A DNA stretch of 64,000 nucleotides from a virus (taxonomy: Duplodnaviria > Caudoviricetes), in IMG/VR virus record IMGVR_UViG_3300035501_000350, positions 32,001 through 96,000 of that record. One strand, written 5' to 3'. Positions 49,147 through 59,513 of this stretch are shown here, piece by piece. Numbering within the stretch: position 1 is the first letter of the stretch; each line of letters starts with the position of its first letter. A program made the position numbers and the translations under genes. The notes beneath the pieces were generated by a model. The model was not told the origin of the DNA. It saw nothing but the letters and a program-made list of their open reading frames with translations, and made no database searches.

Positions 49147-50274
49147 ATGCCTATTGGTAAACGAATTGAAATTGATTATGACAGGGTATACCATTCTAGG
49201 ACCGGCGATTTTAAGATAGTAAAAGAATTGCCATCTGTTGCTATGGGAACTACAGGAAAAGCCATAAGACGCATGGTTGAAGTGGAATTCATAGAGACTG
49301 GAACTAGAAAGCAAACCCAACTTCAAACAGCTTTAGCTGGTAAAGTATTAGACCCATATTATAAAACGGCTGGAGGAGTTGGGTATTTAGGAGATATTTC
49401 CAACTTACAGTATACCAAAAATGAATATGACATTTGGAGGCATATGATACTTAGATGCTATGACCCAAACGATAATGCTTATTATAACTATGGCGCCATA
49501 GGAATTAAAGTAGATGAAAGATGGCATTGCTTTGCAAATTTTGTAAGGGATCTTCCGCTCATATATGGGTATGCTGATTATTATAACAGCAAAGATAAGT
49601 CTAAGTTTGCTTTAGATAAAGATATACTTCAACGTAATATTCCGAGAGAGCAAAGAATATATAGCGTCAATACATGCGTTTTTGCTAAATCATGCGATAA
49701 TTCACGGATGTCTAGAGTTACAGATAAAAGTAAAACCTCTAGTAACTATTATGGGGTATATAGAAATAAAAATGGCTCATACCAATCGTCTATTAATGTA
49801 GATAAGAAGAAATATTTTCTTGGTACATATGATGATGAAGTTGCCGCTGCAACTGTGTACAATTACGTTATATCTAGATGCTCTTATGCTCCAACACTGA
49901 ATACAGATTTGCCTACTATGGATATTAATGAAGCATTAAGTCATCGTTTAAGTAATGTACCATTAGTTCTTCCTCCTAATATAGACACAGCTGGTCTTAA
50001 TCTAAATCCAAACAATGGTAATAAATATATAGGAGTAGCACAGTCATCGTATAATTCATATGCCGCTAGTTATAGTCTTAATAATAGATCTATACATATT
50101 GGTGTATTTGATAGCCCTATAGCGGCAGCTAATGCCCACAACTGGTGCAGCGGTTTTTATGCTAATGGCAATGGGTATATTAATGATGTACCTTATATGC
50201 CCCCTACAGAATGGTTGCACCATAAGAAGTATAGAACCCCTCCAGTAGAAATGTGTAAGATAGTTAATAAGTAA
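49147..50274 (+). CDS. HNH-like homing endonuclease with two AP2 domains
   Basis: WRHMILRCY...YGAIGIKVDERW...LDKD; AP2 motifs YYGV...FLGTYDDEVAAA and YIGV...HIGVFDSPIAAA. Confidence 0.8.
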   Translation: MPIGKRIEIDYDRVYHSRTGDFKIVKELPSVAMGTTGKAIRRMVEVEFIETGTRKQTQLQTALAGKVLDPYYKTAGGVGYLGDISNLQYTKNEYDIWRHMILRCYDPNDNAYYNYGAIGIKVDERWHCFANFVRDLPLIYGYADYYNSKDKSKFALDKDILQRNIPREQRIYSVNTCVFAKSCDNSRMSRVTDKSKTSSNYYGVYRNKNGSYQSSINVDKKKYFLGTYDDEVAAATVYNYVISRCSYAPTLNTDLPTMDINEALSHRLSNVPLVLPPNIDTAGLNLNPNNGNKYIGVAQSSYNSYAASYSLNNRSIHIGVFDSPIAAANAHNWCSGFYANGNGYINDVPYMPPTEWLHHKKYRTPPVEMCKIVNK

Positions 50275-50407
50275 AATAAATGCCCTCTGTGGTTTTCCAC
50301 AGAGGGTGTTTTAATCTAATCTAAAGAATAATGATATGTTATAACAGAGTATGTAAGCAAATATAACAAGGATTACATACAAATAACTCTAATGGGAGGT
50401 ATATATT

Positions 50408-51910
50408 ATGGCAGATCAGATGTCTATTAATTTGCAATATCCGTATGATGGCAAATACGATTATTTCACTGAGATTAAAAGAATTAATCTAGACAAGCAA
50501 CGTGATGAGGATATTAAATCTGGAGTTGGTTTTCTCATTACAGAGCCCAAGGGTATTAAGAAAGATGTAAAGCTCCAGAATGGTATTTTCTCCAGTAGAT
50601 ATGGATCTAATTCTATTTCAGATACAGATTCATTCTCTGGGAGATATCGTTGTAAGTGCGGATTAAAGAGAGGTTCCATTAACAATGGTGAATATTGTGA
50701 TGTATGTGGAACCAGAGTAACATATGTAGATGATGATGTATCTATTACTGGATACTTGAAATTGAAAGATCGGTATTGGATTATTCATCCTAACCTGTAT
50801 TATACTATAGAGCAGTTCATTGGCTCTGGTAGATTACAGAGGATTATTGAACCTGACGTTCAAGTGGATTGTAATGGTAATGAGATTCCCATTATTTCCG
50901 TGAAGAAAGATGAACCCTTTAAGGGTATTGGTCTATTGGAATTTCATGAGAGATTTGATGAAATAATGAGCTTCTATCTTGCTAAGTATCCTACAAAGAA
51001 GCTCTATTATGACAACATCATGCAAGAGAGAGAAAACGTATGGACTCATACTATTAGTATTTATTCTAGCCTGTTGCGTCCTAGCTCTCTAGATAATGGT
51101 TCTCTTAAATACGAGGACTGTAATGACCAGTTTAATATGCTTGCTAGCCTGGTGTATAAATGTAATGATGATGCTCTTGAGATTGATAGAAAGATCAAAG
51201 AGCGTTTAAATCTGTTGTATGACATTCAGGTCTGTGTTAACACAGTATACACAAAGATCAAAGAAATCCTAGCAAAGAAGAAGGGCGATATTAGAACTGC
51301 TATTGGTGGTAGATATTGCTTTAGCTCTAGAAGCGTTATTAAACAAGATCCTACGCTGAGATCTGATGAAGTAAGATTACCATTCGCTGGTTTATGCGAG
51401 ATGCTTCAACAGGTTATCATAAACATTCTTGTACGTTCTTATAGCTTCAACTATTCTGATGCGTATAAGAGATGGTACAAAGCTCAAGTAATTGGATTTG
51501 ATCAAGCAATCTATGATATTATTGATGGTCTTATCAAAGATAAGAATGGATTGCCTGTACTGATCAATCGTAATCCTACAATATCTTATGGAGGCATCTT
51601 AGCATGCCGCTGTATTGGTATTAATAGAGATTATACCATGTCCATCAGTCTGTTGGTGCTTAAAGCTCTTGCAGCAGATTTCGATGGTGACACACTTAAT
51701 ATCCTCTATCTATACAATAAGGATTTCATTAGACTTGCAGAAAGAATAATCAATCCGAAATATATGTATATAGATAGAAACACTGGAACCTGCAATGCAG
51801 ATTTCATCCACAGCAGAGATACGATTATTAATGCCAATAGTCTTAAGAGCCTCTATCACTACAGTCCTGAACAGATAGAACGTATTAGAGCTCTTCAGGC
51901 TATGGATTAA
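50408..51910 (+). CDS. Phage multisubunit RNA polymerase beta' subunit, N-terminal/catalytic part
   Basis: CKCG...CDVC zinc site, LLRP, KKGDIR...SRSVI, LINRNPT, AADFDGD. Confidence 0.92.
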   Translation: MADQMSINLQYPYDGKYDYFTEIKRINLDKQRDEDIKSGVGFLITEPKGIKKDVKLQNGIFSSRYGSNSISDTDSFSGRYRCKCGLKRGSINNGEYCDVCGTRVTYVDDDVSITGYLKLKDRYWIIHPNLYYTIEQFIGSGRLQRIIEPDVQVDCNGNEIPIISVKKDEPFKGIGLLEFHERFDEIMSFYLAKYPTKKLYYDNIMQERENVWTHTISIYSSLLRPSSLDNGSLKYEDCNDQFNMLASLVYKCNDDALEIDRKIKERLNLLYDIQVCVNTVYTKIKEILAKKKGDIRTAIGGRYCFSSRSVIKQDPTLRSDEVRLPFAGLCEMLQQVIINILVRSYSFNYSDAYKRWYKAQVIGFDQAIYDIIDGLIKDKNGLPVLINRNPTISYGGILACRCIGINRDYTMSISLLVLKALAADFDGDTLNILYLYNKDFIRLAERIINPKYMYIDRNTGTCNADFIHSRDTIINANSLKSLYHYSPEQIERIRALQAMD

Positions 51911-51938
51911 TATATAAAATTTACGGAGGTATAGTAAA

Positions 51939-52580
51939 ATGAAACAAGCAAAGAAAGCACCCAAAATTTTCACAGTACCGGCAGGTCAGTTTGACTGTGG
52001 GTATGTGGATCCTGTAACTGGAGACGTGTTATTGCGTTGCAGTGATATCGATATGGATAAGTTTAAAGATCCTGAACTCTGTGCAGCTATAGAGGATATT
52101 GAGTATACGCCGCCTGAAGGCGATTATGGTCCTGCCACTATAGTGTATGAGACATACGATAACAATGGTAATCTTGTCGATCCTCTTGCCGAGATGGATC
52201 CGAGTTACAAAAAGGCAATCGATGTCGAGCGCAAGAATAATGTGTTTATCGCTTCTGCTATCGCTAGCCTTCAGGAAGAGCGTGATGCAAAGAAAGCAAA
52301 AATCGATAAGGAGTGCCGTTCGGCTATCAGCGATGCTATTATTGATTGCTTGAGCAATACTAAGCTGCTCCATCAATCTAAGGATAACACCTATGACAGA
52401 GATGCTCTTGTCTATGTAGCTGATGGTCTTGAGATGATCTACAGTGCTGCGGATAAGGCCAAGGCTAAGGTCGATCAGAAGTATAATACTGCGATCAATG
52501 AGACTATGCTTGAGTACGTGACTCAGGCCAACATCCATAGAGATGCAGTAGTTATGTGTACTCTTGTAGAGAAGAAGTAA
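51939..52580 (+). CDS. Hypothetical protein
   Basis: GGAGG RBS. Confidence 0.7.
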   Translation: MKQAKKAPKIFTVPAGQFDCGYVDPVTGDVLLRCSDIDMDKFKDPELCAAIEDIEYTPPEGDYGPATIVYETYDNNGNLVDPLAEMDPSYKKAIDVERKNNVFIASAIASLQEERDAKKAKIDKECRSAISDAIIDCLSNTKLLHQSKDNTYDRDALVYVADGLEMIYSAADKAKAKVDQKYNTAINETMLEYVTQANIHRDAVVMCTLVEKK

Positions 52581-52655
52581 TATTCATATTAAATGCGTAT
52601 TTGGGCTCTGAGGATTACCTCAGAGCCTTTAATACGTTCATTTAGGAGGATCAAT

Positions 52656-52910
52656 ATGAACGATGAAGTAGTTTACATGCCTGGAGATATAGTATCAATA
52701 CTTGATAACATTGATCTAGAATCAAAAACTGTTGCTACTATTAAAGCAATAGAACCTGACAATGATATTGATGGATTAGTGTGGCTATATCTTGCAAATA
52801 ATAGAGACATATTTAACGATAAGGTTCATCCAGTATATGGTTTCTATTATTGGGATATGATTGAGGCAGGAAATCCAAGAATTGAATTACTCTCTAGAGC
52901 AGTAGAATAA
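52656..52910 (+). CDS. Small SH3-like beta-barrel hypothetical protein
   Basis: AGGAGG RBS; YMPGDIV...ATIKAI. Confidence 0.55.
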   Translation: MNDEVVYMPGDIVSILDNIDLESKTVATIKAIEPDNDIDGLVWLYLANNRDIFNDKVHPVYGFYYWDMIEAGNPRIELLSRAVE

Positions 52911-52990
52911 GATAGAAGCCTAGGATAGCCCCTAGGCTTTTATTTTTTGGCCTATTAGGACATCATATTAATTCAAGGAGGTGTTCTTTT

Positions 52991-54319
52991 TTGAAATACG
53001 GATTTGAACCTGTAGGGGATAAGCGGGGATTAAGAAAACTTAATCCTGCAGATATAAGACGTTCTAAAACTCCTAAACTTATGAGAACAAGTGTTACATT
53101 GCCATCTCAATATCAAGCATATGCCGTATGCGTTGAGTTTGCTAAATCATGGTTTCTTGAGAAGTTTAAATCTAATTACTTTAACTCTGTCTATGTAGAT
53201 GGAACGCATAGCTTTGATGAATTTAGAAAGTTCTCTACAATAGACCAACAGATGAAGAGAGCTAATCCATTACTTGCTATAGTACCAACTATAGATATGA
53301 CTCACAATAGACAATGGATTGATTCTGCTCCAGAGATTCCTCTATTACTACGTAAAACTAGTATAGAAGATTCTTTCTTTAATGATAGAGAAAGAGGTTT
53401 ATATATTCAGCTTATATTTAAGACCATATTAATGAATTTCGTGTTTAGAGTTCGTGTAGATACTAGAGCAGAAGAATTAGATATGGTTGAATATATTAAA
53501 CTTCATCATAGAGCCGGATGGACAGAGAGCAGAGAGATAGCAATAGACATCCATGTTCCTAAACAGATTATCCTCCAGGTTGCTTTTGATAATGGATTTA
53601 AGATTACAGAGAATGGAGAAATAGAAGAACCAATTAAGTTATTGGAATATCTAAATTCACATTCTTATGTGCCGTTCCTCTATAAACTTCGTTGCTCTAC
53701 TGGCAATAAAGAGTTCTTTATTAGAGTACCAAATTGTATGGCTCACATCAAAGCAGAATTACCCACATTCGATGAGGGTGAACGTCAAGATATGACAGTA
53801 ATGAACTATATCGTAGAGTTCCAAGTTGAAATAGAAATGACTGCTCCATATTGTTATACGTATTATTCTCAGCATGATATGCCATATATCTTAAATGCTC
53901 CCACGTATAAGAACTATGATAAGATCGCTGTCATGGCAGCAAAGACTACTAATATTCCTGCATTGGATGATCATGGTTGGGATCATTTTACTACAACAGA
54001 ATACTCTGTTGATGATGAAGATCTTGATACTTGTATTGATATTCCATTTGCTGAATTCTTTGAAGGGCATGAGCTACAGAGATTGATTAATTACAATAAA
54101 CAGATTCATGTATCTCCATTTATATTTATGAACTTCATTATGTTTAATGGTGGAGATAGAGTAGAATATGATATGGATTGGGATACTATGATCTGTCATA
54201 TTAAAACTCCAATAACCGATAACAATACAGTAATAGCAATATATTGTGACCGTAAATATATCAATGAAACTATAGTCTATTTGGATGAATTAGATAAGAA
54301 AACCGCTAGGGTCGAATGA
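52991..54319 (+). CDS. Hypothetical protein, probably virion structural
   Basis: AAGGAGG RBS, TTG start, promoter motif at 52959-52970. Confidence 0.65.
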   Translation: MKYGFEPVGDKRGLRKLNPADIRRSKTPKLMRTSVTLPSQYQAYAVCVEFAKSWFLEKFKSNYFNSVYVDGTHSFDEFRKFSTIDQQMKRANPLLAIVPTIDMTHNRQWIDSAPEIPLLLRKTSIEDSFFNDRERGLYIQLIFKTILMNFVFRVRVDTRAEELDMVEYIKLHHRAGWTESREIAIDIHVPKQIILQVAFDNGFKITENGEIEEPIKLLEYLNSHSYVPFLYKLRCSTGNKEFFIRVPNCMAHIKAELPTFDEGERQDMTVMNYIVEFQVEIEMTAPYCYTYYSQHDMPYILNAPTYKNYDKIAVMAAKTTNIPALDDHGWDHFTTTEYSVDDEDLDTCIDIPFAEFFEGHELQRLINYNKQIHVSPFIFMNFIMFNGGDRVEYDMDWDTMICHIKTPITDNNTVIAIYCDRKYINETIVYLDELDKKTARVE

Positions 54320-54343
54320 CCCTAGCGTATTTCTTTTTTTTTT

Positions 54344-55579
54344 TTAGTAAGTAAGATTATTACTAATGAGATTATTGTTATAATATACTTGAGGAATGTA
54401 TGTAGATATAAATCTATTACCGGTAATGATACTATTAACAAACGCCCCATCAATTCTAAATCTACAAGCATCTAATACACAATCTCTCATAGTAGACTCT
54501 GTAGCAATCTTAAAATAGATATCACAATCAACAAACTGCACATTATCTAATACACAATTAGATCCAATATATATAGAGGCATGTTTGATGGTTAAATCTC
54601 GTAATTCTACGCCCTTATCAAGCTTAATAGAATTAGCTTCAAATACGGTATTTACAATACCAGATCCACGAATGATTATTCTTCTATTAGTTCCAGTCTT
54701 TATATCAAAGTCTTCAAAAGTATAAATGCCAGATTTAAAAGAATACAATCCACGTCTATTATTATTGATAGTATCAATTATAACTTTGGTGTTTGTCTCA
54801 TACTCTGAGCTTACTACAGCATCACATGCAATTTCAGGGTATTTTTCTCCATAGCAACCAAAGATGTATTCCTCTAATTGATGATTGGCAATATCCTCTA
54901 CTTTGCATCCTCCTATAGTAGCAGCATTACCACCATCTGCAGGAAGCTTAGAGGGTTTATTTTTTATGGCATTAATTGAACCATCTTCTGCGTTCCAGTC
55001 GAATCCTCCAAGGGTAATAATCTTTACCAGTTGGTTCAATGCATTACGATCAGCATTAGTAAGATGAACAGAATCTTCAATATGGTCTTTAAGTTCTTCT
55101 TCTGTAGCCTTGGAAGCAAGAGCATTTGTAAGGCTTGCTAGGGAATCGTCTTCCTTAATAAGATAGCTCATATCTTTAAGCTTTGTTAACGCATTAGAAT
55201 CATTTAAGATACGAGAGAACTGATCCGCATAATAGGTCTTAAGCTCTGTACGCAGTGCAGATATAGCAGTAACCAAATCAAGCTTAGATGCTTTAGCCTT
55301 GAAGATATCAATCTGTGCATCAGATAAAGTTCTATGATTAAAGTCTTCTTCTGTTGTAGAATCAGTAGTCTCTACAGAGAATTTTTCTGTAGTGACATTT
55401 CTATCATAATCTACTTGAGAATATACTTGACCAGATGTATATGCTAAAAATGCAGTGAAGTCTTCAAGCTGTTTAATAACAGATTCTACATATGCTACAG
55501 ATGGGATTTTATAGTTGTTGTCTTTAGCGTCAAATTCTGTTTCTATAAGATTTTTATCTAATTCAAAAACATTAGCCAT
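54344..55579 (-). CDS. Tail fibre/spike-like protein with C-terminal beta-helix
   Basis: DHIEDSVH, DWNA...IKNKP, LPADGGNA, parallel beta-helix pattern. Confidence 0.65.
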   Translation of the reverse strand: MANVFELDKNLIETEFDAKDNNYKIPSVAYVESVIKQLEDFTAFLAYTSGQVYSQVDYDRNVTTEKFSVETTDSTTEEDFNHRTLSDAQIDIFKAKASKLDLVTAISALRTELKTYYADQFSRILNDSNALTKLKDMSYLIKEDDSLASLTNALASKATEEELKDHIEDSVHLTNADRNALNQLVKIITLGGFDWNAEDGSINAIKNKPSKLPADGGNAATIGGCKVEDIANHQLEEYIFGCYGEKYPEIACDAVVSSEYETNTKVIIDTINNNRRGLYSFKSGIYTFEDFDIKTGTNRRIIIRGSGIVNTVFEANSIKLDKGVELRDLTIKHASIYIGSNCVLDNVQFVDCDIYFKIATESTMRDCVLDACRFRIDGAFVNSIITGNRFISTYIPQVYYNNNLISNNLTY

Positions 55580-55704
55580 TAGTTGCTCCTCCTAAAAGTA
55601 ATTTAACTAAATGTCATAAATTGCGTACAAAGATATCTCTAGGGAATAGCCCTAGAGATACCAATGTATTTACAAAGTTAATAGCCATGCTTATAATAAT
55701 TAAG

Positions 55705-56181
55705 CTAAGGATTAATATTAGGATCTTCATTAGGAAGACTTCTTAAATCTTCCATAAACCCTGCGATAAAGGAGTTACCTCCTTCATCTTTATAATGCTC
55801 ATACCGTCGCTCACAGCATTCTAATGAATACGTGTCTATCCATTTCTGCTTGCAAAATTGATGATGCACTGATACAATGTATGCTTTTATATCATCCTTA
55901 TCAGATCTTATTAGTAAGTCAATATTATCATTCATCTTATTAAGCATATCAAGATATGCTTTCTGCTGACTTTCAAGAGCTTCTATCCTCTTTTCTGTAT
56001 CTTGGAGCTTCTTACCCACATCGTCCATTATTGATTGATCAGCAGTATCTTTTTGGTACCATTTTCGTGTTCTTTCTTTGATCCAGTCCATAAACTCGAT
56101 CAACCCTTTAACTGCAATAGCGAATAGGACGATGCATAGGAAGATATCTCTCAGAGAGTATGTTGATAGCAAATCTACCAT
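55705..56181 (-). CDS. Holin-like/lysis-module membrane protein
   Basis: N-terminal TM segment, coiled coil, YEHYKDEGGNS motif typical of Firmicutes phage lysis modules. Confidence 0.55.
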   Translation of the reverse strand: MVDLLSTYSLRDIFLCIVLFAIAVKGLIEFMDWIKERTRKWYQKDTADQSIMDDVGKKLQDTEKRIEALESQQKAYLDMLNKMNDNIDLLIRSDKDDIKAYIVSVHHQFCKQKWIDTYSLECCERRYEHYKDEGGNSFIAGFMEDLRSLPNEDPNINP

Positions 56182-56340
56182 GATTATAGCCTCCGTCTTA
56201 CATCGATAAAAAAATATGCTATTGTCTTTGCTGGAAAGTATTTGCAAAACTAATAAGCGGACTATTACTTTTGTAAAGCGTGGCCGAGCGCTTTCGCACT
56301 TTAATCAAATGTTACACTAAATGATAAAACAATATGCCAT

Positions 56341-57879
56341 TTATAGATTTACTTCAACACCCTCGATGATGATATTATCCTTAGATAGAGTAATTATATC
56401 TTTAGACTCTTCAGATTGTTCTGCCGCCGTAGGCATTATTCCATTCTTAGGCTTAATAGCAATTAACCCTAAACCATTAGCAGTAGTATCTATATCATCT
56501 ACAGATAGATCATCCCATTCTCTACCCTTATAGAAATAAGAGATATCATATAATGCATTTAGTTTAACAAACGTCTTTGGATAGTATGTTTTAGCATGGT
56601 ATTCATCTATCAGTACAGTACGATACCGATATGTAAGTAAAGCATATTCTACAACTACAGGATGTTCTGTCTTTAATTGCTCTAATAGAAGATTAGCAAA
56701 CCATTTTAGTTTATCTTCAGCTTCATCTGGGAAGAATTCCTTCTCTATTTTGATATAGAATCCTCTACCATATTCAGCTGTATTACCAGAGCACATTCCA
56801 CAAACATCTTTATCTGTATTGAGGATGGCACTAGATCTATCTATCTCAAAATGAGAACACATGATATTAGTTTTAGAGTTATTCTCTTTTAGATTTGGTT
56901 CAGGAGTAAATAACACATAGCAATTATCATTACAGTACTCACTACAAATAGACCATGATTCATTACCTGTAAAAACTCTTCTACCAACTCTATAGATTAG
57001 ATGGTGTCTTTGTTGTTCTGCATTGAGAATGAATGTATCTTTAGTTCCATCAGGTAGAGCTTTAAGATTATTCTTTAACAGAATCTCAAGATAGTTTAAT
57101 CCATCTAATAGAGCTATGCCACTCCATACGATATTATCTTCCTCTATTTCATCAATGCTCTTAGATCCAGTAGATTGATATGTTGAAGATGGTATTACGC
57201 CATCTTTAGGAATAATAGCTAAATACTCTAACTGTTTTTCTTTACTGGTAGATATTCCTATAGTGGATACAGATTGAACTACGTAAGGCATATCATCTGT
57301 ATTGAATTCATCATCTAGAGTTACAGCATCTGATAATGATAAATTACGATATACTGTATTATCCTCACGGAGATCCATTAAAGATCCTTCCCATTCTTCT
57401 TGCTCATCATCACTTGGAATTACACCATCTAATGGTACAGCAGCATATGTGCTAGAGAAGTCTGTATGGGAAGCCGTATAAACACTAGTCTTACCATCTA
57501 CAATAATCATATCCAGATTATCATTTACAGTACCCGGTAGAGTAAATTCAACCAATCCAGATCTAAGTATTACAGATTGCTTATACAGGTTTATCATATA
57601 TCTAGAATTGTTTATAATAGCATATGCTAAGTGTGGGCTAATTATATATAGAGTATCTGTAGAAGATACCTCCATATATAGATCAAAGTAATATCTTTCA
57701 TCATTTATATCAACAGCGTATATCCCTGGCTTCAATCCAGAGAATGTATTATTACCATCTATAATTTTTAATCTTGCAGTAATAGATTGGCCTAAAGAAT
57801 GCTTCTTATTTACTGCACATATTCTTCTATATTGCGTGTGGTTAGTATCATGAATAACGTGAGTTAATAAAGCACTCAT
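56341..57879 (-). CDS. Virion structural protein sharing a motif with the 1437-aa protein
   Basis: YLAIIPKDGVIP...EEDNIVWSGIAL. Confidence 0.6.
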   Translation of the reverse strand: MSALLTHVIHDTNHTQYRRICAVNKKHSLGQSITARLKIIDGNNTFSGLKPGIYAVDINDERYYFDLYMEVSSTDTLYIISPHLAYAIINNSRYMINLYKQSVILRSGLVEFTLPGTVNDNLDMIIVDGKTSVYTASHTDFSSTYAAVPLDGVIPSDDEQEEWEGSLMDLREDNTVYRNLSLSDAVTLDDEFNTDDMPYVVQSVSTIGISTSKEKQLEYLAIIPKDGVIPSSTYQSTGSKSIDEIEEDNIVWSGIALLDGLNYLEILLKNNLKALPDGTKDTFILNAEQQRHHLIYRVGRRVFTGNESWSICSEYCNDNCYVLFTPEPNLKENNSKTNIMCSHFEIDRSSAILNTDKDVCGMCSGNTAEYGRGFYIKIEKEFFPDEAEDKLKWFANLLLEQLKTEHPVVVEYALLTYRYRTVLIDEYHAKTYYPKTFVKLNALYDISYFYKGREWDDLSVDDIDTTANGLGLIAIKPKNGIMPTAAEQSEESKDIITLSKDNIIIEGVEVNL

Positions 57880-58406
57880 TGTGTAATTACAGTCCTATTC
57901 CAAATAAATTTATCATCTCCAGTGATAGATCCATATACGAAAGTATATAGATAGTATTGATTAGCGCTTCTTGTTACATAGAAGAAATCAATACTATATT
58001 CACTGTTATCCGGCAATGTCAATTCTTCCGTACTTAAAACCACACCGCAGCATCCATTATATATATTATTGATATTTAGAGTCGTTACCCCACCTTCAGG
58101 GATAGTAATCTTATCTGTTTCAGAAAAATCCCATTGACCATCTGTGACTTCTATAAAACCATAATACTGGTCTGCTGTTTCACCCTTCTCACCACGCTCA
58201 ACAATACATTGCCAATATAGCTCTGAATCATCTTGCCCTACAGGTAAAACTCCAATAACATCAGCATTATCATCTAAAGTATCTTGATTAATTAGAAGAT
58301 ATGATCCTCCATTATATGCTACCAGGTCTAAAAACCGATATGAAGTAGCGGGGTTGTAATTGCCACATGGTCTAACTCTAAAAGGCCCAAGACCATAATC
58401 AGCCAT
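57876..58406 (-). CDS. Virion protein with CBM5/12-like N-terminus
   Basis: YNPATSYRFLDLVAYNGGSY...YWQ. Confidence 0.55.
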   Translation of the reverse strand: MADYGLGPFRVRPCGNYNPATSYRFLDLVAYNGGSYLLINQDTLDDNADVIGVLPVGQDDSELYWQCIVERGEKGETADQYYGFIEVTDGQWDFSETDKITIPEGGVTTLNINNIYNGCCGVVLSTEELTLPDNSEYSIDFFYVTRSANQYYLYTFVYGSITGDDKFIWNRTVITQ

Positions 58407-58476
58407 TTTAACGACCTCCTTTGAAAATCAATTTATAAGAATGTTGAGGCGGGGAAAAATCCCCGCCTCTACTATC

Positions 58477-58878
58477 TTACTGCGTTGTAGTGGAATTAAT
58501 TGTATCAGAGCTTACAACAATGGTGCTGGGAGTTGTTGCCGCAGCCTCTCCATTCTTCATACTGTCATATGATTTCTGAGCGATAGCTTGAATCTCTGTT
58601 TCTGTCATATCAATACCATATCTCTCAGCAATAATAGATAGCTGCTCAACTACCTCTTCCATTTTTTCTTTGCCGGTTTTATCCTGCATGAACTGTCTAG
58701 CCCATGCGACAAACATATCAGCATATTTAACAATGAAATCCATTTTAGAGATAGCATCAGCAATGGTTTCAGTAACCTCAGTAACAACAGTATTATTACT
58801 TCCAAGATACTTACCAAACAGGAAACAGCATACCATAAATAAAACTTCAGCTAATAATTTAACAATATCAGTAGCCAT
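58477..58878 (-). CDS. LL-H-family-like holin
   Basis: N-terminal TM; VAWARQ...TGKEKMEEV...ETEIQAIAQKSY. Confidence 0.65.
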   Translation of the reverse strand: MATDIVKLLAEVLFMVCCFLFGKYLGSNNTVVTEVTETIADAISKMDFIVKYADMFVAWARQFMQDKTGKEKMEEVVEQLSIIAERYGIDMTETEIQAIAQKSYDSMKNGEAAATTPSTIVVSSDTINSTTTQ

Positions 58879-58904
58879 TCTATAACTCTCCTTAAACATT
58901 TTAT

Positions 58905-59420
58905 TTACCCTACAGAACCGGCATCATCATTACTATTGAGAGTTTCCAGTTTAGGATCCTCTACAACAATAGAAGTAGACCCAGATGTAGTGGTAGTTGT
59001 TGTAGTGACGGTAGTTCCACTACCATCATTACCGCTAAGAACAGAACCAATTTTAGAACTAATATGCTGGTTTAATAAATCACTTGTTTCTTTTGATATG
59101 CTTCCAGAAGTATTATTGCCATTGCCATACTCTGCTTTGGAATCGAAGTATGCTCTAATCATATATACTAATGCTGTACCAATAATGGTAACGCATACTT
59201 GCTTAGATAGATCCTCTGCTATCTGTATTTTATCTAAGAATGCGAGTACATAACTAAGCTGGAGATCTATAAGCGCTGTAACTACAATGAGAGCAACAAG
59301 AGCCTTGGTAAATGTATCTACTTTGATGCTTTTAATCTGTTCACGAAATGTACGACGTTCAATCGCATTTTTAAGACGTCTTTCATAGCGAGCTTTCTTA
59401 GCTTCTTCTGGAAGTCTCAT
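58905..59420 (-). CDS. Two-TM membrane protein (lysis module)
   Basis: Two hydrophobic helices; GAGG RBS; promoter motif at 59451-59462. Confidence 0.6.
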   Translation of the reverse strand: MRLPEEAKKARYERRLKNAIERRTFREQIKSIKVDTFTKALVALIVVTALIDLQLSYVLAFLDKIQIAEDLSKQVCVTIIGTALVYMIRAYFDSKAEYGNGNNTSGSISKETSDLLNQHISSKIGSVLSGNDGSGTTVTTTTTTTSGSTSIVVEDPKLETLNSNDDAGSVG

Positions 59421-59513
59421 GGTAAATACACCTCTCTTTTTAATAGATTTTACTATCGTGTTCGATATTCTCCAGGCTGAACATTTTGGTAAAATACTCA
59501 AGGAGGGTTACAA

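Larger units (their letters stand above)
2899..59491. promoter_or_regulatory. Dispersed phage promoter motif NACA-N6-T(A/G)
   Basis: In the sense orientation upstream of RBSs. Plus strand: 2985, 10483, 17284, 17881, 34460, 40796, 41800, 47783, 52959, 59480. Minus strand: 2899, 5306, 13885, 17232, 23909, 34411, 44792, 47655, 55604, 56302, 58434, 59451. Confidence 0.8.

Noticed and set aside
49047-50407. Group I intron splitting an RNAP gene around the homing endonuclease
   Set aside because: The flanking genes are in C-then-N order with their own RBS and stop codons. The endonuclease has its own RBS and a downstream hairpin, so it appears free-standing.
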